DNA of 64,000 nt from Ignavibacteriales bacterium (GTDB taxonomy: Bacteria; Bacteroidota; Ignavibacteria; T3Sed10-11): assembly GCA_003568415.1 (NCBI GenBank), contig PWXV01000009.1, positions 7,042 through 71,041 of the forward strand. Reading direction: 5' to 3'. Below the pieces are notes generated by a model, which saw only the letters and a program-made list of their open reading frames with translations, was not told where the DNA came from and made no database searches. Position numbers and translations under genes: made by a program. Positions 33,340-41,645 of this stretch are shown here, piece after piece; positions within the stretch are counted from its first letter, which is position 1, and each line of letters begins with the position of its first letter.

Positions 33340-34553
33340 ATATGAAAGAAGCCCGTGTATACTTGGATTATCATGCAACAACGCCAATCGATAACCGGGT
33401 ATTTAATGCGATGCTCCCCTTCCTCAAGGAAGATTTTGGTAATCCGTCAAGCACTTTTCATTCATACGGTTGGAAAACCCGTGAAGCAGTAAACGATGCC
33501 CGGAAAACTATTGCAGCCAGTTTCAAAGCACAGCCACGTGAAATTATATTTACCAGCGGGAGTACCGAATCCAATAACCTTGCAATACGCGGGGTTACTG
33601 CAAAATATCGCACAAAGGGCAACCACATTATAACCTGTAGTACCGAACATAAAAGCGTCCTATCTGTATGCAGTTATCTCGAAAATTTAGGTGTCAACGT
33701 TACCTATCTTCCGGTAGACCGTAATGGCTTACTCGATCTTAACAAATTGTACGATGCAATTACCGACACAACAATACTTATTTCCCTGATGACTGCGAAT
33801 AATGAGATCGGTGTGATTCACCCGATGAAGGAAATCGGCCGGATAACTAAAGAAAAAAATATTATATTTCATACTGATGCAACACAAGCAGTTGGCAAAA
33901 TGAAACTGGATGTCGATGAACTTGGGATTGATCTTATGTCTTTAACCGGTCATAAAATTTACGGACCGAAAGGCATAGGAATACTCTATGTCAGAAGTGA
34001 AAATCCGACCGTTCAACTTGAACCGCAAATAACCGGTGGCAGTCAGGAAAACAACCTCCGGGCGGGTACACTCAATGTTCCGGGTATTATTGGTTTAGCA
34101 AAAGCAATCGAATTGTGCGATGAACTTTATCAGGAAGAAATTCACTCGACAAAAAACTTACGTGATATGCTGCTTGAGGGAATCCGGCAAAACATTGACA
34201 ATATAGGAGTGAATGGATCGCTTGAGCACCGTATCCCGAATAATCTTAACATAAGTTTCAGAGGGATTGAAGCACAGGCATTATTGATGATGCTGGATGA
34301 TATCGCATTATCACTTGGCTCGGCCTGTCTTGGCAGCACAATTGAACCTTCGCACGTACTTCGGGCGTTATATATACCAGAAGAGGATATGTATTCAGCA
34401 GTGCGGTTTGGTTTGGGAAGGTTCACGAGTGATGAGGAAATACAATATGTAATCGAACGCCTGACGGAGACCGTTCCCATGCTCCGTTCTCAACAACCTT
34501 CACGTAAAAAGACCAAAACAACAACCGCAAAAGAGGGTAATAAATATGAATAA
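33336..34553 (+). CDS. iscS: cysteine desulfurase (class V aminotransferase, NifS/IscS type)
   Basis: 405 aa. Contains IFTSGSTESNN, SLTGHKIYGPKG (PLP lysine) and the GSAC active-site loop. The start overlaps the iscR stop. Confidence 0.9.
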   Translation: MNMKEARVYLDYHATTPIDNRVFNAMLPFLKEDFGNPSSTFHSYGWKTREAVNDARKTIAASFKAQPREIIFTSGSTESNNLAIRGVTAKYRTKGNHIITCSTEHKSVLSVCSYLENLGVNVTYLPVDRNGLLDLNKLYDAITDTTILISLMTANNEIGVIHPMKEIGRITKEKNIIFHTDATQAVGKMKLDVDELGIDLMSLTGHKIYGPKGIGILYVRSENPTVQLEPQITGGSQENNLRAGTLNVPGIIGLAKAIELCDELYQEEIHSTKNLRDMLLEGIRQNIDNIGVNGSLEHRIPNNLNISFRGIEAQALLMMLDDIALSLGSACLGSTIEPSHVLRALYIPEEDMYSAVRFGLGRFTSDEEIQYVIERLTETVPMLRSQQPSRKKTKTTTAKEGNKYE

Positions 34554-34827
34554 AACAGATCTCTTAACAAGCAACCACATAGAATTCCTGAAATTTTTAA
34601 AAACACAATTTCCCCTGTATCACAAATCAAATGTTTTTTTCCGCGACCTCCAATACGGCATTATGGAATATTTTGAAAAAGAAAAAAAAGATAAAGTAAA
34701 GTATGCCGAAGCAGAGAAAATTGCGGAAGAATTCGTCACATTTATGGAGAAAAAAGAGATATTTAAAAAACTTGATCACCAGACGTGGGTATTGAACTAT
34801 CCTGACTTTACCAAGAAAGCTTCATAA
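34546..34827 (+). CDS. hypothetical Lys/Glu-rich 93-aa protein, translationally coupled to iscS
   Basis: The ATG overlaps the iscS stop by 8 nt and AGAGGG lies 9 nt upstream. No motif recognised. Confidence 0.4.
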   Translation: MNKTDLLTSNHIEFLKFLKTQFPLYHKSNVFFRDLQYGIMEYFEKEKKDKVKYAEAEKIAEEFVTFMEKKEIFKKLDHQTWVLNYPDFTKKAS

Positions 34828-34859
34828 TTAATCAAAAACCTATCAAGGAGGATACTTAT

Positions 34860-35489
34860 ATGGCATACGAATGGAAGTTTAATGCACGACCATATTCGGA
34901 CGAAGAGGCAAAAAAACTCCTTTCGGATGTTGTCAGTCCCGAAACAACCGACTGGCATTATAATAAACACCATAAGGGCTACGTTGCTGCTTTGAACACG
35001 ATCGAGAAAGGTTTGGAGCAAACGGATCGTTCAGCAGCAAACGGTAACTATAGTGAAGTTGGCGAGTTAAAACGACGATTCACCTGGAATCATGCAGGTA
35101 CCCTTTTGCATGACGTATACTGGGAAGTTCTGGGAGGCGACGGCGATATATCGAAAGGTCCGGATATTAAATCTGCCATCGAGAAAGAATTCGGTTCCTT
35201 CGATAAATGGAAAGAAGATTACAAAGCCACAGCGATGGCTGCAAAATTAAGCGGCTGGGGATTGCTTGTATACGACCAACTATATTCCGGTCGATTGCTC
35301 AACGTGTTAGTTGATGAACACCAGTACGGTGCAATTTGGGGCGGCATCCCGCTTATTTCCTGTGACGTCTTTGAACATGCGTACTACCACAAAGATGGAC
35401 CGGGACGTGCAGGATATATCGACAATTTCATTAACAATCTTCATTGGGGTAGAGTTAATGAACGATATAAGAAGTATGTAGCGAAATAA
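34860..35489 (+). CDS. sod: Fe/Mn-family superoxide dismutase
   Basis: 209 aa. HYNKHHKGYV and DVFEHAYY supply the metal ligands. AAGGAGGA lies 7 nt upstream of the start. Confidence 0.85.
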   Translation: MAYEWKFNARPYSDEEAKKLLSDVVSPETTDWHYNKHHKGYVAALNTIEKGLEQTDRSAANGNYSEVGELKRRFTWNHAGTLLHDVYWEVLGGDGDISKGPDIKSAIEKEFGSFDKWKEDYKATAMAAKLSGWGLLVYDQLYSGRLLNVLVDEHQYGAIWGGIPLISCDVFEHAYYHKDGPGRAGYIDNFINNLHWGRVNERYKKYVAK

Positions 35490-35516
35490 AGCTATTGCAA
35501 TACCATGTAAATAATG

Positions 35517-35557
35517 AAAAGGGGGGATTCGATTGTAGATTGTATTCCCCCTTTTCT
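35517..35557 (+). terminator. rho-independent terminator after sod
   Basis: GAAAAGGGGGGAT...ATTCCCCCTTTTC forms a G/C stem followed by a T-run. Confidence 0.6.
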
Positions 35558-35597
35558 TAATGTAATTCAATGGTAAAACAAAGAGCTTATCAATACG

Positions 35598-35768
35598 ATG
35601 GATACATCCCGAAATAAGACTATCAAGCCAGACGACACATCGATGGAACAACCTGCAGATATTCACTACTGGCAATATTGCGTAAATTGTGGTACAATTC
35701 TTGAAAGTGTAAAATGTAAATTAATATGCCGCAAATGTGGCTTTTTTCATTCGTGTTCAGAACCATAA
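35598..35768 (+). CDS. 56-aa zinc-ribbon mini-protein (absent from the ORF track because it is under 60 aa)
   Basis: My translation is MDTSRNKTIKPDDTSMEQPADIHYWQYCVNCGTILESVKCKLICRKCGFFHSCSEP. It has a CxxC-12-CxxC arrangement. No clear SD. Confidence 0.35.
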   Translation: MDTSRNKTIKPDDTSMEQPADIHYWQYCVNCGTILESVKCKLICRKCGFFHSCSEP

Positions 35769-35782
35769 TTCGGAGATTATAC

Positions 35783-35920
35783 ATGAATAAACGAAAAAGG
35801 GTGGTCCTCAAAAAACACCGCCGCAAACGGAAAAAAATGAAAGAAAAACAAAAGGCATTTCCCAACACGGTACAACAAGGAAATAAAAAATCTAAGGAAA
35901 ATACTGCTCCATCTGAGTAA
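35783..35920 (+). CDS. 45-aa extremely Lys/Arg-rich mini-protein
   Basis: MNKRKRVVLKKHRRKRKKMKEKQKAFPNTVQQGNKKSKENTAPSE. GGAG lies 7 nt upstream of the ATG at 35783. The 64-aa track ORF starts inside the preceding gene. Confidence 0.4.
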   Translation: MNKRKRVVLKKHRRKRKKMKEKQKAFPNTVQQGNKKSKENTAPSE

Positions 35921-35994
35921 TTGTATGTTGCAGCGGCGTGGTGATTTTCGTATATTCATAAAAAACAAAGTCATCCGAGCGCGCACATACAAAA

Positions 35995-37296
35995 ATGCTA
36001 TTCACATTCCATCCTATATTATCAAAATTTACTTTACGATTTGTACTCGTAGCTGTGTTGCTTAATGTTTCCTGTATGAAAAGTGACAAATACGACTATT
36101 TAGGGTCATTGGATAGCCATGCACGAACGTTTACAGTAGAGTTGTTCGACAATAATGTTGTAACTTCATTAACCATCGGTAATCCTGATAATAGAAGCAT
36201 CTACGTCTATTCTGAAGCCGACACAAGTAATCTGATTCCTGTTCCGGATGAATCGGTCTTCCGATTTAGGGATTCCGGGATAGAGCTTATAGCAAATGAT
36301 AAGGTTGTAAGCTTTTCCAGTGAGATTGCTTTTGTCGGTGAAAATGGGAAAAAATTACTTGACTACCTTAGCTATTCAAGCACTGAGACCACCGAAATCA
36401 CTCTTCGGGGATCACCGGAAATAAAACGTGCACAGGACGGAATTACAGCAACCGTGACCGCATATGAACACGACATCATTGCCTCTATGATGGTTAATGA
36501 TGTAAAAATAACTGATCCGATTGCGTATAAACAAACTATGGCAATATTGTTCCAGACTACACTCTATGCCGCAGCATCCGGCAATAATAATCTGTCTATT
36601 CGTGAGGCTGAGCGAACAGGTATTCAATTCGGTTCGGAGATACCGGATCAGTTTTTATATACTATCATCGAAGAAACAAGTGATTACATTGCATTATATA
36701 ACGATCTTCCTGTGCCAATGTATACAACCGAAATGTGCGGCGGTATGACGGCGACACCTGATATGGTCTGGCAGGATTTGTCAGCCGAACCGCAAAATCA
36801 GGTTGTAATTTGTCAGGATTGTATCGAAAAGGGTAGTTATGAGTGGTCGAACACGGTAAGTACTGATATGATCGGTGAAGCACTTTTCGGATATCCCGGT
36901 TATGTCGATATCTGGATCAGTAAATTTTATGAAAATGGAAGACCGCAACACATTACCGCACAATGGGAGGAGAACAAAAAAACATTTACCATCGAGGAAT
37001 TCAGGAAACGAATTAGCGCTCAAGTAAATGATAAAAAGATAATTTTGAGTGATTGGTTCGAAATCGAAGCGGACCCGGAAGATTCTGATAGAAAATCAGG
37101 ACCGTTTCAAATTCTTAACATTAAAAAACCTGTATCCACAAACCATGTTCATTTCATAGGATGGGGTAGAGGACATGGAGTGGGATTGTGCCAGCATTCA
37201 GCGCGTCAACAAGCAGACGCAGGAAAAAATTTTGTAGAAATACTTGACCATTTCTACCCGCGCTTAGAAACAGGACGCATACAACGTGAACAATAA
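35995..37296 (+). CDS. SpoIID/LytB-domain protein with unassigned N-terminal region
   Basis: 433 aa. The C-terminal HFIGWGRGHGVGLCQHSARQQADAGKNFVEILDHFYP is the SpoIID/LytB signature. Signal/TM segment at the N-terminus. Confidence 0.65.
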   Translation: MLFTFHPILSKFTLRFVLVAVLLNVSCMKSDKYDYLGSLDSHARTFTVELFDNNVVTSLTIGNPDNRSIYVYSEADTSNLIPVPDESVFRFRDSGIELIANDKVVSFSSEIAFVGENGKKLLDYLSYSSTETTEITLRGSPEIKRAQDGITATVTAYEHDIIASMMVNDVKITDPIAYKQTMAILFQTTLYAAASGNNNLSIREAERTGIQFGSEIPDQFLYTIIEETSDYIALYNDLPVPMYTTEMCGGMTATPDMVWQDLSAEPQNQVVICQDCIEKGSYEWSNTVSTDMIGEALFGYPGYVDIWISKFYENGRPQHITAQWEENKKTFTIEEFRKRISAQVNDKKIILSDWFEIEADPEDSDRKSGPFQILNIKKPVSTNHVHFIGWGRGHGVGLCQHSARQQADAGKNFVEILDHFYPRLETGRIQREQ

Positions 37297-38170
37297 CCGA
37301 GCAACTCCGCACCATACATACGGCTCCAAAACATTTGTGTATAATCACCGTCCATACATTATGGGAGTTTTAAACGTTACACCCGACTCTTTTTCTGACG
37401 GTGGGCTCTTTACATCACCCGAAACAGCGGTAGAACACGCGCTATCGATGATTGAAGAAGGGGCCGATGTAATCGATATAGGAGGAGAATCAACCCGTCC
37501 CGGTTCCAGTCGTGTGCCTGCTGAAACCGAATTGAACCGTGTTATTCCGGTTATCGAAAATATTTTGAGACACAAACCTGATACTATCATTTCAATAGAT
37601 ACGTATAAATCGCAGGTTGCAGATGAAGCACTACAACGGGGTGCACATATTGTTAACGATATTAGCGCACTCCGGTACGATGAAAATATGCCTGCTGTAA
37701 TTCGCAGTAATAATGCGTCTGTTGTCTTGATGCATATGCAAGGCGATCCTCAAACGATGCAGGATGCTCCATATTACGCTGAGGTCGTGGCTGAAGTACT
37801 GTCATTTCTTACTAACCGTGTGGCATATGCAAAAGAAAATGGTATCGGGCAAATTATTATCGATCCGGGTATAGGTTTCGGGAAACGCTTAGAGGATAAT
37901 CTCGAATTACTACGGTCTTTAAAAAAGTTTACAGAGCTTCGTCATCCGGTACTAATCGGAGTTTCCAGAAAATCATTTATCGGAAAAATTCTGAACGTCG
38001 AAACCGATCAACGTTTAGAAGGCAGTATCGCTGCAGCTGTTATCGGCGTTCTAAACGGAACTTCAATTGTACGGACACACGATGTTCAAGCAACAAAACG
38101 AGCAGTAATGATTGCCGAAGCTATAGAAAAGGGAGCCAATTTTCTTGAAGCTGAAACCGGAAAACCATAA
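37286..38170 (+). CDS. folP: dihydropteroate synthase
   Basis: 294 aa. Contains MGVLNVTPDSFSDGG, IDIGGESTRPG and GVSRKSFIG. Overlaps the upstream gene by 11 nt. Confidence 0.9.
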   Translation: MNNNRATPHHTYGSKTFVYNHRPYIMGVLNVTPDSFSDGGLFTSPETAVEHALSMIEEGADVIDIGGESTRPGSSRVPAETELNRVIPVIENILRHKPDTIISIDTYKSQVADEALQRGAHIVNDISALRYDENMPAVIRSNNASVVLMHMQGDPQTMQDAPYYAEVVAEVLSFLTNRVAYAKENGIGQIIIDPGIGFGKRLEDNLELLRSLKKFTELRHPVLIGVSRKSFIGKILNVETDQRLEGSIAAAVIGVLNGTSIVRTHDVQATKRAVMIAEAIEKGANFLEAETGKP

Positions 38171-38988
38171 TGGAATTAATTCGCATAGGATTTTTAACAG
38201 TCACGTTAGCCGATATTATTGATATTACGATCGTTGCCCTCATCGTATATAAATTATATATGGTTATGCGCTCAACGATCGCTATATATATTTTCATCGG
38301 ATTACTTTTAATTATAGCTTTTTCATTTATTGCCCAGGCTGTAGATCTCAAAGTAATAACCTGGATATTACGTACCTTAAGTGATATTTGGGTTATTGCA
38401 TTTATTATTTTGTTTGCGCCGGAAATTCGTCGTCTGCTGGTCTATCTCGGAAGAAACCGTTTGGTCCGATTATTTATTAAAGTAGATGTAACCGAATCGA
38501 TTGATGAAATCGTCGATGCTGCAGCCGAGCTTTCAGAGAAAAAACATGGTGCATTAATTGTCCTAGTCAGGGCGACCGGCATCCGAAGCTTTATAGAAAC
38601 CGGCCATCCGCTTGAAGCACGTGTCAGCAAACAATTGCTTGTTTCAATCTTTAATCCAAAATCACCATTGCACGATGGTGCAGTAGTAGTCAAAGACAGA
38701 ATCGTTGAAGCAGCACGGGTCACACTTCCGATATCGGAACGAAAAACAGTTGGAGGGGTTACACTGGGTATGCGTCACAAAGCTGCACTCGGCATTACGG
38801 AACAATCAGATGCACTTGTTGTTGTTGTGTCGGAAGAAACCGGAACGATATCCATAGCCGAAGGAGGGGAACTCATACGCGGGTTAACTCCCGATGAGCT
38901 TCGTGAAAAACTTGAGGGCGCTATTGAGGAAGTAAGTGAGGAATCATTGAAAACTATATTTGGATCGGTAAAAAAAGAAAAAAAATAA
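38170..38988 (+). CDS. cdaA: diadenylate cyclase (DAC domain, three N-terminal TM helices)
   Basis: 272 aa. Contains HGALIVL, PLHDGAVVV, GMRHKAALG and VVVSEETGTIS. 1-nt overlap (TAATG) with folP. Confidence 0.85.
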   Translation: MELIRIGFLTVTLADIIDITIVALIVYKLYMVMRSTIAIYIFIGLLLIIAFSFIAQAVDLKVITWILRTLSDIWVIAFIILFAPEIRRLLVYLGRNRLVRLFIKVDVTESIDEIVDAAAELSEKKHGALIVLVRATGIRSFIETGHPLEARVSKQLLVSIFNPKSPLHDGAVVVKDRIVEAARVTLPISERKTVGGVTLGMRHKAALGITEQSDALVVVVSEETGTISIAEGGELIRGLTPDELREKLEGAIEEVSEESLKTIFGSVKKEKK

Positions 38989-39001
38989 ATACGAGGAATA
39001 C

Positions 39002-39640
39002 GTGAAGCGATTTGATGACGAACGTCGTGAGATGTTACAACTTTTAAAAGATCGGGGGATCAAAGATATGCGTGTACTCGACGCTATGAATAAGGTGCCG
39101 CGACATGTATTTGTTCAGGATGCATTCCGGAATCGTGCATATGATGATTGTGCATTACCAATTGGTTATTCGCAAACGATTTCACAACCGTATACGGTTG
39201 CTTTTATGACTGAGTCGCTTAACGTGAAAGAAGGAGATAAAGTATTGGAAATCGGTACCGGATCAGGATATCAAGCAGCAGTACTTGCGGAGATGGGTAC
39301 CAGAGTATTTACTATTGAACGAAATTACCAATTATTGGACGATGCACGAAAACGTCTCGATTCACTCGGCTATCGGGTGGCTGCAAAAGCAGGAGATGGT
39401 ACATTGGGTTGGTCTGAGTTTAGACCATATCAGGGTATTCTGGTTACTGCCGGAGCTCCGACGATCCCTCAACCACTTCTCGACCAGCTGGATGAGGGAG
39501 GAAGACTGGTAATTCCAGTGGGCGGACTTGATGAACAAAAATTATTTATCGTCGACCGGAGTGGAGAGGAATTTATAACCAAAGAAGTCCATGGATTTAA
39601 ATTTGTTCCGCTGATCGGTAAACGCGGCTGGTCAAACTAA
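39002..39640 (+). CDS. pcm: protein-L-isoaspartate O-methyltransferase
   Basis: 212 aa. Contains TISQPYTVA, VLEIGTGSGYQAAVLA and GGRLVIPVG. GTG start. Confidence 0.9.
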   Translation: MKRFDDERREMLQLLKDRGIKDMRVLDAMNKVPRHVFVQDAFRNRAYDDCALPIGYSQTISQPYTVAFMTESLNVKEGDKVLEIGTGSGYQAAVLAEMGTRVFTIERNYQLLDDARKRLDSLGYRVAAKAGDGTLGWSEFRPYQGILVTAGAPTIPQPLLDQLDEGGRLVIPVGGLDEQKLFIVDRSGEEFITKEVHGFKFVPLIGKRGWSN

Positions 39641-39650
39641 CGTTGTATGT

Positions 39651-40586
39651 ATGTCAACTCAAAATGTTGTTCTCATACTATCATGCCCAACAGCATCGGG
39701 AAAAACCTATGTAGCGCTTCAGGTTGCAAAAGAGCTACCTGTTGAAATACTCTCCGCAGATTCAAGACAAATTTTTAAATATGCAACGATTGGTACCGCA
39801 AAACCATCAAATGAAGAAGTAAAGGCTGTACCGCATCATTTTATCGATCTGCTTGCCCCGGATGAACAATGGAATGCGGGAAAATTCGCGCAGGAATCAC
39901 GGAACACAATTCAGGAGATTTTCAGACGTCAGTGTGTTCCGTTTGTTGTAGGAGGAACGGGGTTATATATAAAATCGCTCATCGACGGTATAGCAGACAT
40001 CCCCGAAGCTGATCTTGAACTACGGCAACGCTTATTCAGGCGATACGAAAAAGAAGGGTTACAATCCCTTGTGAATGAACTAAAAAAAGTAGATAGGGTC
40101 GCAGCTGAATCTATCGATATCCAGAATCCCCGACGGGTATTACGGGCACTTGAAATATATTATATGACCGGGATGACCCGTGCGGAAATCGAACAACAAT
40201 CTAATGATCCCCTGCAACACAGAATTTTATGGTTTGGCTTACACTGGGAGAGAGATATATTATATCGTAGAATAGAAAAACGGGTCGATCTTATGATTCA
40301 GCAAGGATTAATAGAAGAAGTTAAATTTCTCCTCGAAAAAGGATATACCGCTGAATCGCAGGCACTACAATCGGTAGGCTATGCCGAAATAATTGAATAC
40401 CTGCAAGGAAGATTAAGTAAACAGGATGCAATAGATCTTATCAAACAAAACACACGAAGATTTGCAAAACGGCAAATGACCTGGTTTCGCAGAGAAAAAC
40501 GTATCAGATGGCTGGATATCCGGACTGAGGAAGACCTTGATAAAGCGGCCGTTGAAATAACTGAGGAGTACCGGAAAATAAAATAG
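39651..40586 (+). CDS. miaA: tRNA dimethylallyltransferase
   Basis: 311 aa. Contains the P-loop CPTASGKT, SADSRQIFK, VPHHFIDL and VGGTGLYIKSL. Confidence 0.9.
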   Translation: MSTQNVVLILSCPTASGKTYVALQVAKELPVEILSADSRQIFKYATIGTAKPSNEEVKAVPHHFIDLLAPDEQWNAGKFAQESRNTIQEIFRRQCVPFVVGGTGLYIKSLIDGIADIPEADLELRQRLFRRYEKEGLQSLVNELKKVDRVAAESIDIQNPRRVLRALEIYYMTGMTRAEIEQQSNDPLQHRILWFGLHWERDILYRRIEKRVDLMIQQGLIEEVKFLLEKGYTAESQALQSVGYAEIIEYLQGRLSKQDAIDLIKQNTRRFAKRQMTWFRREKRIRWLDIRTEEDLDKAAVEITEEYRKIK

Positions 40587-40732
40587 GGATTGTCAAATCC
40601 TCCTCCTCTCACCGGTTATTCCTATCCTCCTGAAACGGAAAAATCGATCGATTCTATGCCATTTTTAAGAATAACAAAAACCTTCGCCGTTATAGACAAC
40701 CCCTATCTTTATATCTCAAATCTACCTGCAGA

Positions 40733-41167
40733 TCAATCAACTAATGCCATCGCATGTTTATCACAACAAGCATCTTCTTTGTCGACATCCTCTGCCGATG
40801 CATGAACTGTTGTTGATTTTTCAGTGCAGGTTTTTTCCTCGGCACCTGTCTGCATTACGGCACCGCTATGTGGGCATTCAATGGTTTTTGATGCTTTAGT
40901 AGCCGTAGCAGATTTTTCGCCGCACGCCTTTCGTTCAGATGCCATAGTTGCGCGGGTTTGGTCGCCACATGCACGCTTTTCACTTGCCATCGTGGCCCGG
41001 GCCTGGTCACCGCATTCATTACCCGAAGCCATTACTGTGGTCCTGCTACACTCTTTTGATGAATCGCTCACCAGAGCACCCTGACTATCACCGGTAAAGG
41101 TACCAAGTGATAGGGCTGCAACAGCGACAAGCAAAACAATGACTGATGGAATGACGATTCTCTTCAT
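40733..41167 (-). CDS. secreted Cys-spaced repeat protein, no recognised family
   Basis: 144 aa. AGGAG lies 7 nt upstream of the ATG and there is a signal peptide (MKRIVIPSVIVLLVAVAALSLG). Eight Cys arranged as 12-20-aa units (CGDQARATMASEKRA / CGDQTRATMASERKA / CGEKSATATKASKTIE ...), ending in CCDKH. Confidence 0.55.
   Translation of the reverse strand: MKRIVIPSVIVLLVAVAALSLGTFTGDSQGALVSDSSKECSRTTVMASGNECGDQARATMASEKRACGDQTRATMASERKACGEKSATATKASKTIECPHSGAVMQTGAEEKTCTEKSTTVHASAEDVDKEDACCDKHAMALVD
40918..41007. repeat. two adjacent 45-bp imperfect tandem repeats inside the Cys-repeat gene, with degenerate copies flanking to about 40860-41055
   Basis: Aligned by eye: 40918-40962 against 40963-41007. 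They encode the duplicated CGDQxRATMASExxA unit. Confidence 0.7.
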
Positions 41168-41212
41168 AGAATACTCCTGTAATTAGTTGATAAAGCGATG
41201 AATTTTTAGCAT

Positions 41213-41563
41213 TTAATGAGCATGTTCTGTATCGAGTTTCACGTCGTCTTTAGTGAAGTCGTTATCAATTCCCTTGCCTTGTTGCCAGCCAACATAGCAC
41301 TCTCCACATACAGGGTCGCCTGCCTGCAGATTATTATAGCAGGGACAACTGCCATGGGCCAGTATGCATTCGTTGCAGCCTTCCTGTAAACAACATGCAT
41401 ACTTGTCATCCATTGCCAGTTCCATTTTTAAATCAGGCAGCCATTCATTAATTTGTGAGATTTTTTCTTCTGTGGTTAAATCAGGTTCTTCTTCAGGTGG
41501 GACACAACTGATAAGTAGAAAAGAGATGAGTGTAAAAACGGCAAAAATTGCAGAAAATCGCAT
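41213..41563 (-). CDS. Cys-rich lipoprotein, no recognised family
   Basis: 116 aa. GGGAGGA upstream of the start and lipobox LLISC. Eight further Cys sit within 34 residues (YACCLQEGCNECILAHGSCPCYNNLQAGDPVCGECY). The C-terminus is EHAH. Confidence 0.55.
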   Translation of the reverse strand: MRFSAIFAVFTLISFLLISCVPPEEEPDLTTEEKISQINEWLPDLKMELAMDDKYACCLQEGCNECILAHGSCPCYNNLQAGDPVCGECYVGWQQGKGIDNDFTKDDVKLDTEHAH

Positions 41564-41645
41564 TTTTCCTCCCGGTTTTAATATTTACAACTGTTATTGC
41601 AATTATAACACTATCTGATAGCAATTAAGTTTCATAGACCCGAAA

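Noticed and set aside
35726-35782. 64-aa version of the basic mini-ORF and the overlapping minus-strand ORFs at 35307-36089
   Set aside because: The 64-aa start lies inside the zinc-ribbon ORF and lacks an SD, while the internal ATG at 35783 has GGAG at 7 nt. The minus-strand ORFs overlap the sod terminator and each other and have an implausible composition.
40590-41084. Plus-strand ORFs (71 aa and 86 aa) opposite the Cys-repeat gene, also showing internal repeats
   Set aside because: Their repeats merely reflect the 45-bp DNA repeats. Neither has an SD or an export signal, whereas the minus-strand ORF has AGGAG at ideal spacing plus a signal peptide.
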